NCBI RefSeq assembly: GCF_964204645.1
Contig: NC_134034.1
Location: 12,846,962-12,910,961, forward strand
Origin: Tubulanus polymorphus
Taxonomy: Eukaryota > Animalia > Nemertea
Direction of reading: 5' to 3'
Length of the DNA: 64,000 bases
Made by a program: the position numbers and the translations under genes. A model generated the notes under the pieces. It did no database searches. It was given only the letters and a program-made list of their open reading frames with translations, and was not told the DNA's origin. Of the stretch, positions 60,384 to 64,000 are shown in pieces; position 1 is the first letter of the stretch; each line of letters opens with the position of its first letter.

Positions 60384-60971
60384 GAATTATTTGATTGGTT
60401 GTGGTTGGTTTGCCGTATTTAGGAAGTAATTTGCATATTCATACATAACGACCAATCAAAGCGCAATACTCATTCGCCATCTACCGGATTTGTCCATCCT
60501 CGCTTGCCAGGAGTCCGGTATCGCTCCCAAACTCGCTTCCACCAGCCCCCTGGTCTCACGACGCGCGATTTCATTACTGGCGCTTTTGCGCATGACGTCA
60601 TATATCAACACGCGACAATACTTCCGCGTTCACTACGTGTTCGCTGATTGGTCCATTTACCGGGAAATTCCATAGATGCCTAATGTCGTTTGTAACAAGC
60701 GCTGTGATTGGCCCGACCTGATTCTGGTCGGCTAGTAACGACTCCAACGACTCGTGAGGTCAAGGGGTTCGGGGAACAGCTTTAGCGTAGTGGGTTCGAA
60801 TCCATTGACGGGTGAAGATGGATTTATCTGGAACCACTGGTTCTGATGCTCTACATTGTCTCGCTTGGCGTCGTTCGGATCTTGTATTTCGAACCCTATT
60901 GCGTTTTCACGACGGGACTACGGCCTTCGCACACTGTAAGTAGCCAGCAGAACTGACAACCGGGCTGGATG

Positions 60972-61125
60972 TAGACTGGTTGCCTGTACAATTTTGACTG
61001 GTAACCGGTCTCAATCTTCAATGAGATTGAGACCGGTAACCAGTCAAAATTGCCGTAGTCCACTCGTGAGAGACCGGTAACCTATCGTCAATTAGATATA
61101 TTGAATGGGACAGGCAACCAGTCTA
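60972..61125. repeat. Nested inverted repeat / hairpin between the convergent POLR1B and BAMBI 3' ends
   Basis: Outer 16-bp IR TAGACTGGTTGCCTGT. Inner 29-bp stem (1 mismatch) with a 6-nt loop at 60989-61052. Confidence 0.75.
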
Positions 61126-61369
61126 TAGCATCGAACGCCTTATTTCACCGTGGACGTATTTAAACCTAGGACGTCCATGCGCATCCTCGCTCGCTTTAGC
61201 TTAGTGAGTTAGAATTCTTTCATGGGTGAAGATGCTCCATGAGCAACCGAAACTCATTAAACAAACCGACGTGCATTCAAATACACATTCGCCATCTAGC
61301 GGATTTGACTTCGAACCTGATGCATTGCATTCCATTTAGAAAGTGAAAATTATCTTTAATTTCAATAGA

Positions 61370-61379
61370 TTTATTTATT
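61370..61379 (-). terminator. Polyadenylation signal of the BAMBI-like gene
   Basis: Overlapping minus-strand AATAAA about 135 nt past the stop. Confidence 0.55.
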
Positions 61380-61510
61380 TATAATACAGATCTATATATT
61401 TTACAATTCGTTAATCTCGGAGATACCTGAGAGCATAGATAGGTTTATATACACGGGAGGGATCGACACGCAGGTGCGTGGTTTATTGCTATCTTTTAAA
61501 CGGAAACGTG

Positions 61511-62727
61511 CTAAACTTTCATCAGTAACTTCCGTTCACTCGTCGCACTAGAACCCTCTCTTCCCAGTGCATACTTCCTATCATCGGTCACCGTCGAGTC
61601 GTTGCTATGACTGACGCAACAATGCGTAGTAGCGTCCGCGGCGTTGCTATGGTAACAAGCGTTAGACGGCGCTGTAGTCGTTTCGGGAGACGATCCAGGC
61701 AGCCGATAGGAGCCGCCACCGGTGTAGTAGTTAGTTCTCGGTGAGCCCGGTAGGGGGCGCGGCGAAGATTTTCGCCTGAGTAGAAATATAGCGAATATAA
61801 CACTAGCCAATAGGATACAAGCACCTGCGATCGGTATTCCGATATAGATTGGGTTTATTTCACCGGCGGATGAATATTGCCGACTATCAGCCGGTTTACG
61901 CATGTATATATCCTCCACGTACGGATTGTTTTTAATGTTCGATAATGACGCATGCGCATCGTATTGATATGTCGGTTCCGGTGTAGTAGGTTTCGGTTCC
62001 CGTTTCTTATCTTCCCCTGAAGAAATAGAAAATTAAGAACGAATTCAAACGATGGTCCATAAATTAATAGCAGACCCGATCACCACAGCGACCCAGATTC
62101 GAGAAGTTCGAGGGTGCTTTGGTGAGGAATCTTTTTAAAATTTTGGAAAATTGTCATTTTTGCAAATATTATTGTCATATTCAACAGAACTGCCCTTTTC
62201 GGCATTCTCTGACCCCCGCCCCTAAAAAATCCAATATCCTAGGTACGGCCATGTCTGGGTTGAGCGCCCCCTGGTGGAACTTACTGTCTAGAAGCCATTG
62301 AGGTATTTGAGGTACAACGTGTTGATTGCACCAGTCGTCCTTACAGCAGTGTAAAACGGGCCAGGCTCCGGTGACGTCTTTCGGTATTTTATTCTCGCAC
62401 AATAACGGAGTTCGATCGTCGATACATCCTCGTACTATATCTAACCCGATATCGGCGATACTGGCGGCGATACTCTGCGCGTAACACATATACCTGCGCA
62501 GAAATTTAAAACTATATTACTCTCAATAGAAATTTATCGATTTCGAAAATTGTCTTATTCGACCGTGAAAATATGTATAGTTGGAGCGAAGTGAAGAATT
62601 CAGGAAATGAATTTTGAATCGTAAGGAAATTAATTCTAATACGAACGGATGTTTATTTACCTGCCCTGACACGTTCTTTTCTGTCTCTGTTTGCAAGCTC
62701 GTGTTGTACATACGCAATTCACATCTC
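61511..62727 (-). CDS. BAMBI: BAMBI-like TGF-beta/BMP pseudoreceptor (signal-peptide exon not located; probably upstream or outside the window)
   Basis: Exons 62661-62727, 62285-62493 and 61511-62016 splice in frame. They encode a Cys-rich type-I-receptor ectodomain (VNCVCTTRAC..TC..MCY..RGC..LC..LHCCKDDWCN), a TM segment IGIPIAGACILLASVIFAIFLL and a short tail without a kinase domain. Confidence 0.8.
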
Positions 62728-64000
62728 CTAGAAAATAAAAACATTCGCCGGTAAGCGAGGTTTCTTCAACATAGGCGGCACTGTCTACCGACTCGGTGGC
62801 TATACAATCCCTGGTAAGCGAGGCATAGATGGCGTTGTAGTCGAGAGAGCTGTATAGATTCGTTGTAAATTCCCAATTCCCCAAAATCGGTCGAATAAAT
62901 TTGATTTCATCGACCAAATTCAGTGTAAAGATTTGCCGCTAGACGGCAGCAATAGTATCCGCCCGCGGCTAGCAGACGAACGACAGCGGCAGCAGCGGCA
63001 GCAGCAGGCGCCGATCGCGTTTCAAATAATTTCAGTGAGAATTATCTAACAAGATAAGACATGTGATAAGCCGTCTATTTCGTGTAGGGTAAGAGTATAC
63101 TTGAAATGCCAAACTGCCTTACTTTTACTGATCGCCTTCACCTTCATCCAAACGACAGACCCTCAGCACGTGTGGAGAGACCCTGCCCACCTGTCCTTGT
63201 GAAGGGACCCAGTGGACACTAGTGCCCACCCGTCTATGAAGGGGCATCCTGCCCACCTATCTCTTCTGATTTGACGTCGTAAAAACCGTTACAATAATGT
63301 TTATAAACATTGATACCTATAGCATGCGACGGGGTTATGTGTGAGTCGATGTGCACTACGTCATCAATATTGCCGTTTCAAAATAACAATTACAATTGTA
63401 AATTCGGCGTTTATTTTGTTCATAACTTATTTCAATTTAGATAAATTTGGACATTAAACATTGTGATAATCATTTTTGAATATATTTTTTGATTATTTTT
63501 TCGAGGCGTCCCCACAAACTTCCAAGTCAAGTTTAGTCTTCTCATTTTACTCAAGTATTCTGTCCAACATCCTTTCACCGATTTCCAGCAGACTATGAAC
63601 TTCAACCAGATAAAAGCCCCAGGCAAATCCAACAAGCCTACACGAAACCAGGCTCGAGAATTTGAGAGCATATTTGCCGTAGTGAAAGGGGTTTCTACAT
63701 AGTAAAATTACTTTTTAACCGACGAATATTTTTCTCTTCGCAATTTTTTCTCCCTTCCTCCCGAATAGAGAGAGACTATAGTTTGAGTTTGAGTTAGAGT
63801 GGAGCCGGCGTTGAGAGGTAATGACTGATGGTTTGTATACATCGTTAAAACTAACGTTATTTTAAAGGCCGAGGAGCAGTATAAAAGCCCAATCAATGTC
63901 AAAGATGGCAGTACCCATGAAGCAATAGTGCAGTGGAGAGCTCCAACGGTTGAAACTGGAAACCTCCTATTTTCTCTGTCAGTTATCCGATTTGGACCCT

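Overview
Intron-rich animal genomic DNA, not prokaryotic. It is probably an invertebrate bilaterian, and a lophotrochozoan is a guess. Five protein-coding loci are present: (1) the 5' part of a DNHD1-type dynein heavy chain (minus strand, about 38 coding exons from ATG 22842 to the window edge, reaching AAA1); (2) a single-coding-exon orphan membrane glycoprotein (27322-27753, +); (3) USP40 (minus, 33528-44550); (4) POLR1B/RPA2 (+, 45436-60250), head-to-head with USP40; (5) the 3' exons of a BAMBI-like kinase-less TGF-beta pseudoreceptor (minus, 61511-62727). Introns are packed with intron-private minisatellites and non-autonomous DNA transposons (Harbinger-like with CWG TSD, piggyBac-like with TTAA, self-nesting CAGG-ended elements, and a 2-kb IS3EU-like element), plus tRNA-derived SINEs. 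The most unusual signals are: tandem arrays that amplify real exon/intron junctions, giving 9-12 perfect decoy splice sites in the essential POLR1B gene; a candidate alternative terminal exon giving a motor-less dynein; a high density of CTCF-like motifs next to splice sites; and satellites seeded from MITE ends. Exon boundaries were read by eye from GT/AG and reading frame and may be off by a few nt. No database search was run.
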